Assembly (NCBI GenBank): GCA_000697335.1
Contig: JNEM01011052.1
Location: forward strand, 1 to 37,026
DNA from: Conidiobolus incongruus B7586
Lineage: Eukaryota
Length of the DNA stretch: 37,026 bases
Reading direction: 5' to 3'
Part shown: piece by piece, positions 12,625 to 25,938 of the stretch
How the letters are laid out: each line of letters opens with the position of its first letter
Numbering within the stretch: the stretch's first letter is position 1
The notes under the pieces: generated by a model
Databases searched by the model: none
The model's input: only the letters and a program-made list of their open reading frames with translations
What the model was told of the DNA's origin: nothing
Translations under genes and position numbers: made by a program

Positions 12625-12953
12625 CTAATGAAATATTTTAATGATTTGATATTAAATTATTAATTAACAAATAAATTGCGAAATTTTAACAATTAATTGA
12701 TGATGACTTGATTTTAATCCCATTTATCGCATCATTTTCATATATGGGTCATTTTTAACAATCTAAATTTAAATTTTTAATTCAATTCAAAAATCATACA
12801 TGTAAATGTTGAATGTTTCCTTGTCATCAAAAATGTTATAAAATCATATATTAAGATACTTCTTAACCCGCTTTGATAATTCGAAAAATCAAAAATAATA
12901 ATAACATAGTTAACTAGTAAAAGTATTTCAAATATTCAAAATTTCAATTAGTG

Positions 12954-15447
12954 ATGGTTACTGATGAGAAACCAGTAGACAACTCTACTGAACCTAATCA
13001 ACCTATTGCGCCGAATGAAAATAATGTACCAAATGAAACAAATGAGCATATTGAAACAATTGAAACAATTGAAACGCCTGAATCCACAGAAACACTTGAT
13101 TCAGAATTTACAGAAGAAACTGCTTCGATAGTTTTAGATTCTTCCGAACTTGATGATCCAGGATCTGGAGTTTCTTCACCTAGAATTCCGATTGAAGACA
13201 TTGAAACAATTAAAGATACTGTATTAGAAGTTGATATCTCAAAACCAACTATTTTTAATTTTCACAAAACTTTAACCGCTCATTTTCTAAACCTTAATCA
13301 AACGGACCAAGGTGACCTTGAAGCCTTAGAAAATGAATTAGAACGTTGGCAAACAGGTTTAAGCGAAAATTCGTCAGAAGCCGAAGAGGACGAAGAGATG
13401 GACCCTGAAGATAATGAGGTTCCTGTACAGGTTCATGAGCCAACACCTCAAAGAGTAAAAATATCTCAATTTGGTTAATATATTTCAAAATAGTAATTAT
13501 ATTATATTTCTTATTAGGCTAGAAGAAGAGATAAATATGATCTACAAGACGATTTCATAGACGACTCTGAAGCTCCTAAGCCTCACGAAATAACAGAAAA
13601 AGAGATGAAAGCACTTCAACTTAAAAACTTTATTATCAAATCTGCTGCTTCAACATCGAAAAAATTGGTACTTAAAGAAAATTCCAGACCCAAAAATACA
13701 AATGTAGTATCCAAGCAAAAATCAAAATCAACTCCAAATATTCAACAAAAATCTTCCAAACCTAAATCCAATACTAATGGATCTCTTCAAACAACCCCTT
13801 CAAAATCTTTCAAATCTAAGGAACCGAAACCTTTGCCTAAGTAATTTCATAATATTTTAACCATTATAGCTGTTCTAACTTTGTCAAATAGCAATTCTTC
13901 TACGAAACATATCCAAATTTCTGTAAACCAACCAACCTACATTGATAATAGTTCCGATTCTGATGATTTAAGCGAGTTGACTACTTGGACTCCTTCCCCT
14001 CCTCCCCAGTCAAATATTCAATTTGAAGCTAACTCTGAAAAAAATAACTTAGGACCAAAGAGGTAAATATTATTTTCAGTCCATTTTTAATAATTCAATA
14101 TGCTAATATTAATACACAGAAATGTTAATTCTGGTTCTTCATCAAAGGATCAAATCCTTGATACATCTCAACAATTGAACATCACAAGAAAATCGAGTAC
14201 ACATAATCCATCAATCAATATATCATCTTTTTCGATTAAAGAAAATTCCAAAAATATTCAAACTGGTCCTGCTAAAAGAAAAGCTATGTCTAATTTTATA
14301 TTTTATAAAGAAAATCCTACTAAATCTGTGAAAAAATCAGTACAAAGGTATATTAATCCTATTTTATTAATTTTTGCATTTAATCAATATATTTATTTTA
14401 GCTCCCACGCCATTCAAATTTATCCTGAATCGGACACTAGTACTCTTACTGATTTATCTTCCCATAGCCTTGACAGCCCTACCTCCTCACCATCCTCTAC
14501 TCATATTTCACAAACAGTAAATCTGCAGCCCACACCTGCAAGGTCTAACAGAATGAGGTATTTATAATTACTTCCTACTTGATAATATAAAATAACAACA
14601 AATTAAGGGTTAATAGAATTAGAGCAACTGGAGTCTCCAGTCATCAAATGCCAGATACAACCAGTGCTGAACTTCAAACTCCAACTACTTCAGATCCACA
14701 CAATCCGAGTAACCACAATTTATTTAACCAGCCATACCTAGAAATAAATCCATCACCAGGTAAATGTTATTTGTCAATAATTAAATTTCTAAATTCTAAA
14801 TATTAGTATATTTAGATAATAATTTTTCTGAAACTTTTAATCAAGCCTACACCTCTACATCTCAAGCCTCGATTGGTTTAGAAAGAAGGCAGCAAAAAGG
14901 CTCAATAGCTCATTTACTATCTGATCCTCCTGAAGATGTTTCCCATTCTCAAACCCCCAAGCCATCATTTATTAATTCTGTTAAAAGCTCTATTGAGTAT
15001 ATGCTAAATAATCCTAACTCAAATTTGCCTCCTTCAATTCAGAATCAAGTACAGAATAATATCCGCGATAGAATGAATCAAGAATTGAATGAATCCAGAG
15101 TTCTGAACACATCCTCAAATACGAGATCCAGTATACTTAATTTATCTAATCCATCATCTAATCCGCAAAATCATCCAGCCAATCCAGATACAATCAATTC
15201 AACTGATAATCTCAGCGTTCCAGAGTCATCTCTTTTCATTTTATCTAGCAACGATAATAATTCATCCAATCCATCTCAACAAATATATAACACGCAGTTG
15301 ATCAATAGCTCTGATCAATCGCTTCCATCAACTAGCACTAATTTAACTAAGAGTGCAAGAAGAAATCGTCCAACTAGAAGTAACAGCAAGCGAACTGGAC
15401 AAAATTCGCAAATTTATACTTTTGTTATTTCCGATGAGGATGATTAA
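12954..15447 (+). CDS. Largely disordered acidic/Ser-Asn-rich protein with an HPC2/ubinuclein (HUN)-like motif; 7 exons (about 12954-13454, 13518-13840, 13892-14062, 14120-14347, 14402-14557, 14608-14759, 14816-15447)
   Basis: Six short GT-AG introns link five ORF-track fragments in frame; exon 2 encodes RRRDKYDLQDDFIDDSEA. Gene existence is well supported; function is tentative. Confidence 0.65.
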
Positions 15448-18068
15448 GTTTTATTTGCATCATTTAATATTTATAATCAGCATTGCTCCCATATAAATGT
15501 AAATAAAATTTAAATAACTATATTTGATTTATTTTATATGGTATATATATAAATAACTTCTTATTTAAATTCGTATTGAAAGTTTTAATACCCTTATTTT
15601 TTATGAATGATTTGTATGAATTTGTATACTGATAAATCTCTGATCATTTTTGTTTTAAATAAATAAATATAAATTTAATTTAATTAATTTCTTTTTTGGA
15701 AAAAATTTATTAACTCAAATTGTCATTCTTGATAATCTTAATATTTGGTTTGGATTAATTGAAAAGTTTAACAATATATTAAACTATAGATAATTTCTAA
15801 CCTTATATTGAAATTTAATTATATAGTTTAAACCAGTGTGTCGAAATTAAGATGAATTCCATAAAAAGAAAAATGATCAAGAAAACAATATTAATAATTG
15901 AAATTAATAATACAAAAACTCATATTTCATTTTCTATTTTAAATTTTTAATATTCTTTGTTAATATGACAGTTGAATAATTATTATTTCAATTAATGATA
16001 ATTGAAAATTTTCATTGAATAAAATTTGATTTATTAATTTGATAATAAATGATACAATTTTTATAATTTACTAATAAATTAACTTGTATTCATTATTTAC
16101 AAATTAAAGTAACTTATATATAAAATTGGTTTTAATATAATTATAAAGTAATATTTAATACAAAGTAATTTTTGATATTCAATTTTTTCGGATTATTGAT
16201 GAATATTTAAAATCTGTCCTTATAATAATTAATCTTAGTAAAATAATTACTAGAAATCTTAACAGTCTTAATTATACCAATATTTTTTGACTATTTTCTC
16301 AAAATTTTTAATGAATTTAAAATTGAGAATTAGATTATTTTAGAAAATAATTGATGTTCCAATTTGTCTACAATTATAAATTGACATAATTTTAAGTTAA
16401 AAATTAAACTTGATAAATTAAAATAGAATGTATATTAATCCTCAAATTTTTTCAAAATTACATATTAAATTTATTAAATAATAAGATAAATTGGTCATAA
16501 TCATTCTTGGAAATTATACTTTTACCAATGTTATAATAATTTTAATAGCCAATATCGACTATACTTGAATTTTCATCATTTTTTCATAGTCAAAATCAAT
16601 TATTACAAAGTTTAAATCGTTACTTTACCAAAATAATACATTGCAAATGTAAACCAATGTGATAAATATAGTTAATAATAAATTCGTTTTCATAGGGTGG
16701 CTTCATTGTTAAACGCCCATTTTCTTAATCAAAGCAGTTATCTATATTATAATTATAGTATAATACTTTGAAATTTTTATTGAATTATGATTTTATATTT
16801 ATTATGAAAGGATCGAATAATGAGGAATAGATACTTTAAAAATCGATTAGAGTTTATTTACTTATATAAATTTCAGTAGTGATAGTATTAATTATAGAAG
16901 AATAATGTCACTATAATTATCATTTATACGATTAATCATAATTAATCCTGATCATGTGACTAAATCCATCAATACTAGATTTAACTCTAAAATTTTTGCA
17001 AAAATTTGATGATTAATTGATAGATAAATTTGGTAATTTTTAAAAGGATGATCAAATCAGTTCTCAAAATTTGATTAAATTTAATTGATTTGTACCTCTT
17101 GTTCTAGCCAAAAATTTAGAGTTTATGAACTCACTCATATTTAAAAATATACACTAAACTAGGAGGATTTTGTTGGTTTATAATTCGATTAATGCCTCAT
17201 ATCAACCAAGCTTACTAAAACTGAACCCAAGTGTTCTTACTCTAGTATTAATTTATTCATCTGATTCACAAAATAACAAAAATTAAAAAATTATGATAAG
17301 TTCTAATAAAATATATTCAAAGAATAGTAAAAATAAATAAGAATATGGTTGCATTTGAATGCATAATAATGCTAGCAAATGCGAACAATATACCAATTGT
17401 TTCAATTACATATTGAACATAATATATGTAGACATTTTATTGATTAATTCCTATTAATGATAAATACATTTCTATAGTATGTTGAAATAATCTGAAATAA
17501 TTGAGTTGTTTAATAATATATATTTTTCAAAGTTATTAAAAATGAAACATGGACAATTCTAAGTATCCTAAATGTCATATTACTAATGATATAACAACCA
17601 ATAACATTAGCAATATGTGTGGTTATATTATGCTAAATATTTTTAATTACACAATTCTTTTTCCCATAAGAATCGCTCCAAAATTTCGTCAATCCCAATA
17701 AAATTAGCGAATTGAAACTCGAGATTTATCCACTGGTAAAAATTACTCTGATGAATTAATTAAAAAAGAAATTTCAATAATTATAACTAATAAAATTTTC
17801 TTCTAAGCCATTATATACAATATGCAAAATTATAAATATAATAAAAATATGCAAATATAAATTACCCAACATTTCAGTAATTAAATCAGAGTTTATAGGA
17901 TTGACTTTATTTTGAAATAAAATCCATTGATCATATACTGCTAATTTCCTCAATTAATAAATGAAACGAATTTGGTAAATAAAATTCTGATCAACAAATT
18001 GGTATAAATACAAGAGAATGTATTAATATTTCTTAGTATTTTGATCAAATAATATAGATAAAAATATA

Positions 18069-19798
18069 ATGGAATTCCCTGAAGTAAATAGCAAAAATTT
18101 ACACTCTGAACAATTTACTCATCGTCCTTTGTAAGTTATGTTATATTATAAATTAATTTCAATAATCTCATGTAATATTTAAGTTTAATATGATTTATAT
18201 CTTATCCAATATTTAAAATTAGTGTCACTCATTTAGCTCAATATACTAACCTTATTCTTTAATATTTAGTGCCCCTGAGCCTAAAGTTCTCAACTCCATT
18301 TTAGATCACATTGGTAACACTCCTTTGGTCAAGATCAACAGAATCGCTCAAGCTGAAGGTTTGGAATGTGACATGTGTAAGTTTTATAATATAAACCTCA
18401 TAATCATTTCTCATTAACGTATGTTTTCATATAGATGTCAAGTGTGAATTTTTTAACGCTGGTGGCTCCGTCAAAGATCGTATCGCTAGACGTATGGTCG
18501 AACAAGCCGAAAAGGATGGTATTTTGAAGCCTGGATGCACTATCATTGAACCCACTTCTGGTAACACTGGTATTGGTCTCGCATTAGCTGCCGCTGTCAA
18601 AGGCTACAAGGCCATTATCACCTTGCCCGAAAAGATGAGTCAAGAAAAGGTCGATGTTCTCAAAGCTTTGGGTGCTGAAATTATTCGTACTCCCACTGAA
18701 GCCGCCTACGACTCCCCCTACAGTCATATTGGTGTTGCCAAGAAGCTTAACGCTGAAATTAAGGACTCCGTCATTTTGGATCAATACCGCAACCCCTACA
18801 ATCCTCTCGCTCACTATGACGAAACTGCTGAAGAAATTCTTAGATCTTTGGATGATCAAGTAGATATGCTCGTTGCTGGTGCTGGTACTGGTGGTACTAT
18901 CACCGGTATTGCTACCAAGCTGAAGGAAAGATGCCCCAACGTCAAGGTTGTTGGTGTCGATCCCCACGGTTCCATTTTAGCTCTTCCTGAATCTCTCAAC
19001 ACTGAAACTGGTGGTTATAAGGTTGAAGGTATTGGTTATGATTTCATTCCTGATGTGTTAGATCGTGATATTGTTGACGAATGGATCAAATCTAACGATA
19101 AGGAATCCTTCTTGATGGCTAGACGCTTGATCCGTGAAGAAGGTATCTTATGTGGTGGCTCTAGTGGTACTGCTATGGCTGCTGCTATCAAGGCTGCCAA
19201 GTCTTTGAAGAAGGGTCAAAAGTGTGTTGTTATCTTACCTGATTCCATTAGAAACTACATGACTAAATTCTTGAACGATGGCTGGATGAAGCAAAACCAA
19301 TTTGTTGATGAAGCTTTCCAAAAACAAGAAGACCACAAGGTTGAACAATGGCAAGGTGCTACCATTAAGGATCTTAACCTCCAACCCGCTGTCACCATTG
19401 AACACGCCACCACTTGCCGTGAAGCTGTCAGCATTATGGAAAGAAACTCCTTTGATCAACTTCCCGTCATTTCCGGTAAAACTGGTAAGGTTGTTGGTTT
19501 AGTTACTATGGGTAACATCTTATCTCGCTTATCATCCAAGCGTGCCACCTCTGATTCCCCAGTTTCCGAAGTTATGTTCAAATTCGCTGGACCTGGAGCC
19601 AAATTCAAGGAAATTACCGTTGACACTCCCTTGGCTGACTTAAATCAATTTTTCGAACTCAACAGCTGTGCTCTCGTCACCAAACGTGTCGAATTCATTG
19701 AAAAGGAAGGCGACAAACCCCAACACATTCTTAAAGTCGTTCACATTGTTACCAAAGTTGATCTCCTGAAGTTCTTAGTCGACAAGAACGCATTATAA
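18069..19798 (+). CDS. CYS4: Cystathionine beta-synthase; exons 18069-18130, 18270-18376, 18435-19798
   Basis: [21 protein letters not shown] (PLP lysine), [24 protein letters not shown]-terminal CBS-domain pair; TACTAAC branch point at 18244; strong codon bias. Confidence 0.97.
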
Positions 19799-20062
19799 AT
19801 TTTAAAATAGTGTTAAATATTATATTAATGATAAATCTGACAATCTCATCACTAATACTCATTACTTTTATATTTTATAATAATATTATAGAATATTCAT
19901 ATCTTGAGTTAATAATCTCATCATAATTTTATTTGATTTTTTTATTGAAATATAAATAATAATAAAATTATTTTAAATAATAAATATCAAAAAAATATTA
20001 TTAAAAATAAATTTAAATCAATATTAAAAATATTAAGTCTAATATGATCATATTTATTTCAA

Positions 20063-20977
20063 TTAATTAGAATTGTGAGGCATATCATAAACTCTAGCAC
20101 GATTACCTGGAACCGCATTCTTTAGAGGTTGAATTGGGATGAATTGAGTTCGTTCCAAAGTGGAATTAGAATGATCATCTTTAGTTTCAATAATACCCCG
20201 TCTAGTCATCATTTGATCAATTTTCAAAGTCCTAATTTTTCTCTTAATCACTCGATGATTTCGAAGCATTATCAGCGGTAGTATGATGATAATCGACAAG
20301 AATATAACGATAATGGAAATTAGAATAGTGTTAGAAATTCTATTGTTATCTGTGTTCGAAGAGCATTGAGAATTGTTGGGAATGCATCTGATTAAATTTA
20401 CACTTTGAGCTGCTGATATACAGGTTCCATTTTCGTAACGTTCTCCAACTGGACAGTTTTTCATACATTTTCTATTGTTTAAAATATAGCCAGAGTTGCA
20501 GGAAATACAATTATATTGAATATATTTGAATCCATTTAGTATTTGTACCGAAGTGAAATTATAATCGCATTCCAAACAGTTGTCAGGACATGGATCACAC
20601 TGGTTATTGAGACTTACAACACGACCACTTCCACAAGGCTGATCAATTCCTTTTGGTATGCAGGTAGTGCCATCGAGGACATAATGTGATTCGCAAGCTA
20701 AGCACTGGTCAATACCAGGTCCAAAGCAAACTGAGCAGCTAGAGTGGCATGTTTCGCACAATCCATTCGAATTTAAGTAGCCTTTAGTCATATTGGATTT
20801 ACTCAATAATTCTAAAGTGCATCGACGTTGATAAGTCTGCTGGCATTGGGTATTTGAAATTTCCAAATAATTGGAGAGGCATTTATTACACGTTCCATCA
20901 CTTGAGCATTCGCTACATCCAGGAGGACAAGTATGGCAACGATCATGAAATCGAAATTCAGTAGGATTACAACTCAT
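20063..20977 (-). CDS. Furin-like (FU) cysteine-rich repeat single-pass membrane protein
   Basis: Repeated CxxCxxxCxxC units (CHTCPPGCSEC, CETCHSSCSVCFGPGIDQCLAC, CDPCPDNCLEC); TM helix ILISIIVIFLSIIIILPLIML followed by basic residues. First ATG at 20977; 5' end uncertain. Confidence 0.85.
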   Translation of the reverse strand: MSCNPTEFRFHDRCHTCPPGCSECSSDGTCNKCLSNYLEISNTQCQQTYQRRCTLELLSKSNMTKGYLNSNGLCETCHSSCSVCFGPGIDQCLACESHYVLDGTTCIPKGIDQPCGSGRVVSLNNQCDPCPDNCLECDYNFTSVQILNGFKYIQYNCISCNSGYILNNRKCMKNCPVGERYENGTCISAAQSVNLIRCIPNNSQCSSNTDNNRISNTILISIIVIFLSIIIILPLIMLRNHRVIKRKIRTLKIDQMMTRRGIIETKDDHSNSTLERTQFIPIQPLKNAVPGNRARVYDMPHNSN

Positions 20978-21681
20978 TTGAATTAATGAAATTTCAATTA
21001 AATTCAATCAATTTATAAATAATTTCAAATATTGAAAACAAAGCAGGATTTTGATAATAAAGAGAGTATTATAATTACATTGTTAAAATGTGATTTAATT
21101 ATCCTTTCATTATTAATTAATATAAAATTAAATTGAATAATATTCAATTTTTTAATTTTATTTTCTTTGTAGTTTTAATAATTTTATCAAATTTAATCAA
21201 ATATTAAAAATTTTTATCATTACTCTATAAAAGATGATAAATCATTAGTTAATTTTGAAAAATTTAAATTTTCATATGATATTAAGGATATTTTGATAAT
21301 AATGTATTCAATCAATTTATAGTAATTTAAATATAATAATAATAATAATAATAATAAGATATTATTTAATATAATGTTTATTAAATAATATTAATTACAA
21401 ATAAATTAAATAATATAATGGAGACGAATTGTGGTGTTTATATTCATTTAATGATGTGAAAAGGACAAAGTCAGAATTAATTTGGGGTGAGTAATGTTAA
21501 TTAGAAAATAGAGAGGAATACATAAAAGGTGAAAGGTATAAAGAGACAATGGGAAATAAAATCAAAGTAGATTGGAGTGATGAAGAGTATAATGTGTGTT
21601 TATAAAAATAAGAAGACTGTACTAGATTATATACCAAAGGATTGGAAGAGCAAGATGATTATAAAATATGGCGAAAGATTC

Positions 21682-22816
21682 TTATTCTTCAGCTTGATCT
21701 TTAGCTTCTTCACCATCTTGTGCAGTTTTTTCATCTTGGAGATCAGATTGCCACAATGTCAAATTATCACGAAGTAACTGCATGATTAAGGTACTATCCT
21801 TGTAGCATTCTTCACTTAAAGTATCCAATTCAGAGATGGCGTCATCAAAAGCTTTTTTAGCTAAAGAGCAAGCCTTAGCAGGGGCGTTTGAGATTTCATA
21901 ATAGAAAACAGAGTAATTGAGGGCTAAACCAAGTCGAATAGGATGAGTGGGAGCCAATTCAGCCAAGGCAATTTCTGAAGCAGCCTGATAAGCTTCATCA
22001 GCCTTAGCAGCACTTTCACTGCGTTTGTCTTCAACTGAAAATTCAGCAAGATAACGATAATAGTCACCCTTCATCTTATAATAAAAAACTTTGGATTCGC
22101 TCGTATCGGCATGGAGAAGTAAATCTTCCTCCAAAACGTTCAAAATATCGTAACAAATTTTAGAGAGTTCCTCTTCAACTTTAGCTCTATATTCTTTCAC
22201 TTTAGCAACATGAACTTCGTTCCCTTTGCTCTGTTCTTTTTGTTCGATAGAAGAGATGATTCTCCAAGAGGCACGTCGAGCACCAATAACATTCTTGTAA
22301 GCAACTGATAACAAGTTACGTTCTTCAACAGTTAATTCTTTATGAAGCTATAGAGGATAGAATAAAGTGTTATAAAAAGACATTTAAGATGAATAGATGA
22401 ATAGTAATTACCTTAGCAACAGCCTAATATATTCAATAAACAAAAAAAATAAAAAAATTAGTCAGTTGTTTAACAGTGAACCAATACAAAAGATACAAAA
22501 GATACAAAAGATACAAAAGATATAAAATAAGAAATTGGTAGAATACAATACCTTCATATGTTCAACCATTTCTAAATTTTAAAAACGATTTTTAAGTTAA
22601 TAATAAAGATAAAATTGAATAAATAAAAAATAATTACCATCGTAACGCTCAGCTTGTTCAGCTAATTTAGCCATAAAAACCTAAAGAATGAGAATAAATA
22701 CAAATGTTAAGAACCAATATTAGTGAAGGTGGTTACTTCATTTTCATGATCCTAAAAAAACAAAAATAGATTAATAAACAATATAAACCCAATACAATAT
22801 GATATCTTACAGCCAT
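21682..22816 (-). CDS. 14-3-3 protein, 253 aa; exons 22816-22811, 22751-22737, 22680-22638, 22571-22552, 22423-22412, 22347-21682
   Basis: Spliced N-terminus [100 protein letters not shown]; all five introns are GT-AG and in frame. Confidence 0.97.
22483..22527. repeat. Tandem 9-mer (GATACAAAA), about 5 copies, in 14-3-3 intron 4
   Basis: aatacaaaa gatacaaaa gatacaaaa gatacaaaa gatataaaa. Confidence 0.9.
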
Positions 22817-25491
22817 ATTGACAAATTAATAATATTAATATGAAAAAAGTTTAATAAACGGATTGAATATGTAGTTTGGATCAAGAGGAGTAGATAAACT
22901 TAAGAGATTAAGAAAAATCTAGAGACTGAAAATTTGATGAATATATACTATTATATCCCCTCCTCAATTCCTATTTCATTTACTGAATTCAATTTTTATT
23001 ACGCAATAAAAAAAATTTCAATTTGAATTGACTTTTGTTTTCAATTTTAGTTTTAGATGACGTTTTAAAATTATAATATTCTTTTTTATTATTATTTAAA
23101 AATATAATTCAATCCAATTGTTTTAAAATAAATTAAAATAAAATAATAAAAATTTTATTATATTTTAGTATATAGATACAATACGATTGAATTTATGATA
23201 TAATATTCTGAAAATATTATATAAGAGTCTTGTAAATTCATATTATAGTTTTACCAAACCATACCAGTCACTTTCTCACCCTTAAACCCTTATATGGCGA
23301 ATGCGATCTGTTTAATTGGACAATCAAAATTAATAAATTCCCAAATTTTGGGGATTCTAAGGATATTTTAATTGATTTCAAGATGAACCAATTAAACGCA
23401 TTTAATCTTATTATCAGCCAATGATTAATGAGTTTGAGATTAATGAAAATATTTTGATAATTATCAAGTTTAAAATTAAATTGATTAAAATAATATACAC
23501 TCTGAATATAAATAGTATTTTTTATAAATTATATATTACTATTTGCTCTATACATATTATGAATTATATAAAAACAATTAATTTTTATTTAATAGTTATT
23601 CTTATAATTTATTTTAAAAAGAAATTATTATGATTAATTATGATACAAATATCCTTATCTCACATTATAGATAATCCAAATAAATATTAGACACTCGAAA
23701 TAGTCCGATAATAACTACATTAATAGTTTGAAATTAATTAATATAATATTGTCTAAAATAACAAACTAAATTTAAGTTTCAAAAAATTAAAACTGTAAAT
23801 ATTATTTCAAAATCATCTCATTTATATTTTTGATAATTTGAATTCTTATCCATTTAATTGAAATTTAATGTAATTTTACATTATTGTTAGAGTATTATTT
23901 TCATTTCAAAAAGTTACAATTAGTTTAGAAACTTTTTTAATGTTATAAATTTTTTAATAATAAATATTTTTTAAGTGATGCAATAATTTGCTAGAGAATT
24001 TAAATAACTTATGCAGATTATATATTGATATGTAACTAGTTTATAAGGATTATTATATAATTATCGATATTATAATATTTGATAACAAATACTTCAATTA
24101 TCCAATCTTAATGAAATTATGCATTGATTATTAAGTATTTATAAATTTATTGTAAAAGGGAATTTATAAATATAATAATAATATTGACTATTTCTTTTGA
24201 GCTAGTTGATATTATAAACTTTATTACTAAAGGTATAATGAATTAATAAAATTTGATCAAAATAAAACAAATAATTATGACATTATATTTTTGATTTTTA
24301 AATAATCAAATATTGATTATGATATATTTGAAATTACTTAAGATAATATTTAATTAAATTTTATCAAAATCGTTATAATTACTATACTTGTATTTATATA
24401 TTGTCAATTGGCAAGTTATTATTATACGACTTTGCAAATAGTCAGATCAACTAGAATTTTGATTCGAATATTTTGTGAACATTAGTTTGAGTTTTGTTAA
24501 TGTTTATATTTTATTAATATTATCAATTTATAATTTATAATTTATAATATTGAATTATATATCCTGAAATATTAATATATATGTGATATTACCGGTTTAT
24601 TTAATTATCAAATAATTTTATTTCAATTGAGGACTTGATATAAAGTATATGATGCTTAAATTAAATTCATTTGATAAATCACTATATATCTAATATAATA
24701 ATGAGTAATTATATTTTTATCAAAATTATTTTTATAATATATTAATATAACCATATTGTTTATATTTTTATTTACAGTTTAATTTTTATTATTAAATTTA
24801 AAAATTTGGTTATTTTTACCTTAATTATTTAAAATTCTGATCTGTTATAATTTATATGCTAATTTCATAATATATATTAAATCACAGAATTTTAAAATAA
24901 TAAAAATAATATAATTTTATTATAATTAATCAATCTTAATATATATTAATTTAGGGTCATACCTTAAACTATTATCTACTCTTCTCTAACAATCAATTAT
25001 GCAATTCAAAATCAAATCTTTAAATAATTTTATATATAATAAAATATTAGGAAATGGTAATTAATTGGTTAATATAATGTTTATAATTAATATAAAATTA
25101 ATATATAAATATGATTAATATACTTTTGATAATCAGATTTAATTGATTCTTCTTTATTATAATATAATAATATTATAATTATTTAATTTTTAAATTTATA
25201 TATAATAATGAATTTAATCAATGAATAATATTTTTTTATTATTAATTTTATCACAAATAATGGAAATTTATTAATAATTTAATATAATGATATATGATGG
25301 GTATGAGAATGATATCTTTAAAGTATATATATGGACTTGATTTTAATATTAATATTAATAACAATAAATCAAAAATTAATAATTCAAAATTATATTTTTA
25401 TAATTTATAGATTTAAACAAAAAAAATTTTAAATATAAAGTTAGATTAATTATAGTAATATAAAAATATTGAATTTTATTTATAGTAAACC

Positions 25492-25840
25492 TGTCACATA
25501 TCTACCCAATTAGTCCATATATATTTACCTTTAATATCAGTTTACCCATAATTTATCTCTTATTCTACTTTCCCTTAAATTGATCCATTCTTATCCTAAT
25601 ATCAAAAGGGGGAAATACAACAGGGATCTATCTATCTATTCATTCATCTAGTCATCTATCTATTTACTCATCCATCTATCCAACTATCTATCTATCTATC
25701 TATCTGAAGGAAACTAACTCCAAGTCTTTGTCAAGAACTTCCAATAAAACTCTATATAACTACATCTTAATCCTATAACTTATCCACACTCCAACTTAAT
25801 TCAATACAATTATCTTAGTTTCCAGCACTAGGATAATACA
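25492..25840 (+). mobile_element. Solo LTR, family B (349 bp), with internal (ATCT)n microsatellite
   Basis: TGT...ACA termini; perfect 5-bp TSD AAACC (25487-25491 and 25841-25845); AATAAA at 25743. Confidence 0.88.
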
Positions 25841-25938
25841 AAACCTTATATAAAATATAATAAATAAGTATATATCAATTTGATATCTTTTTTAAAATTA
25901 TAATATTTTAAAAATTTTAAAATATATATATATATATA

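Noticed and set aside
11905..13488. ORFs 11905-12099, 12998-13201 and 13294-13488
   Set aside because: Antisense to real exons
18584..19502. Four short ORFs overlapping CBS
   Set aside because: By-products of strong codon bias in CBS
21577..21777. 66-aa plus-strand ORF
   Set aside because: Antisense to the 14-3-3 3' end and UTR
23278..23292. Telomere-like CCCTTAAACCCTTA
   Set aside because: Only two imperfect units; not an interstitial telomere array
23421..23633. 70-aa Ile/Lys/Asn-rich ORF
   Set aside because: Composition expected of random AT-rich DNA
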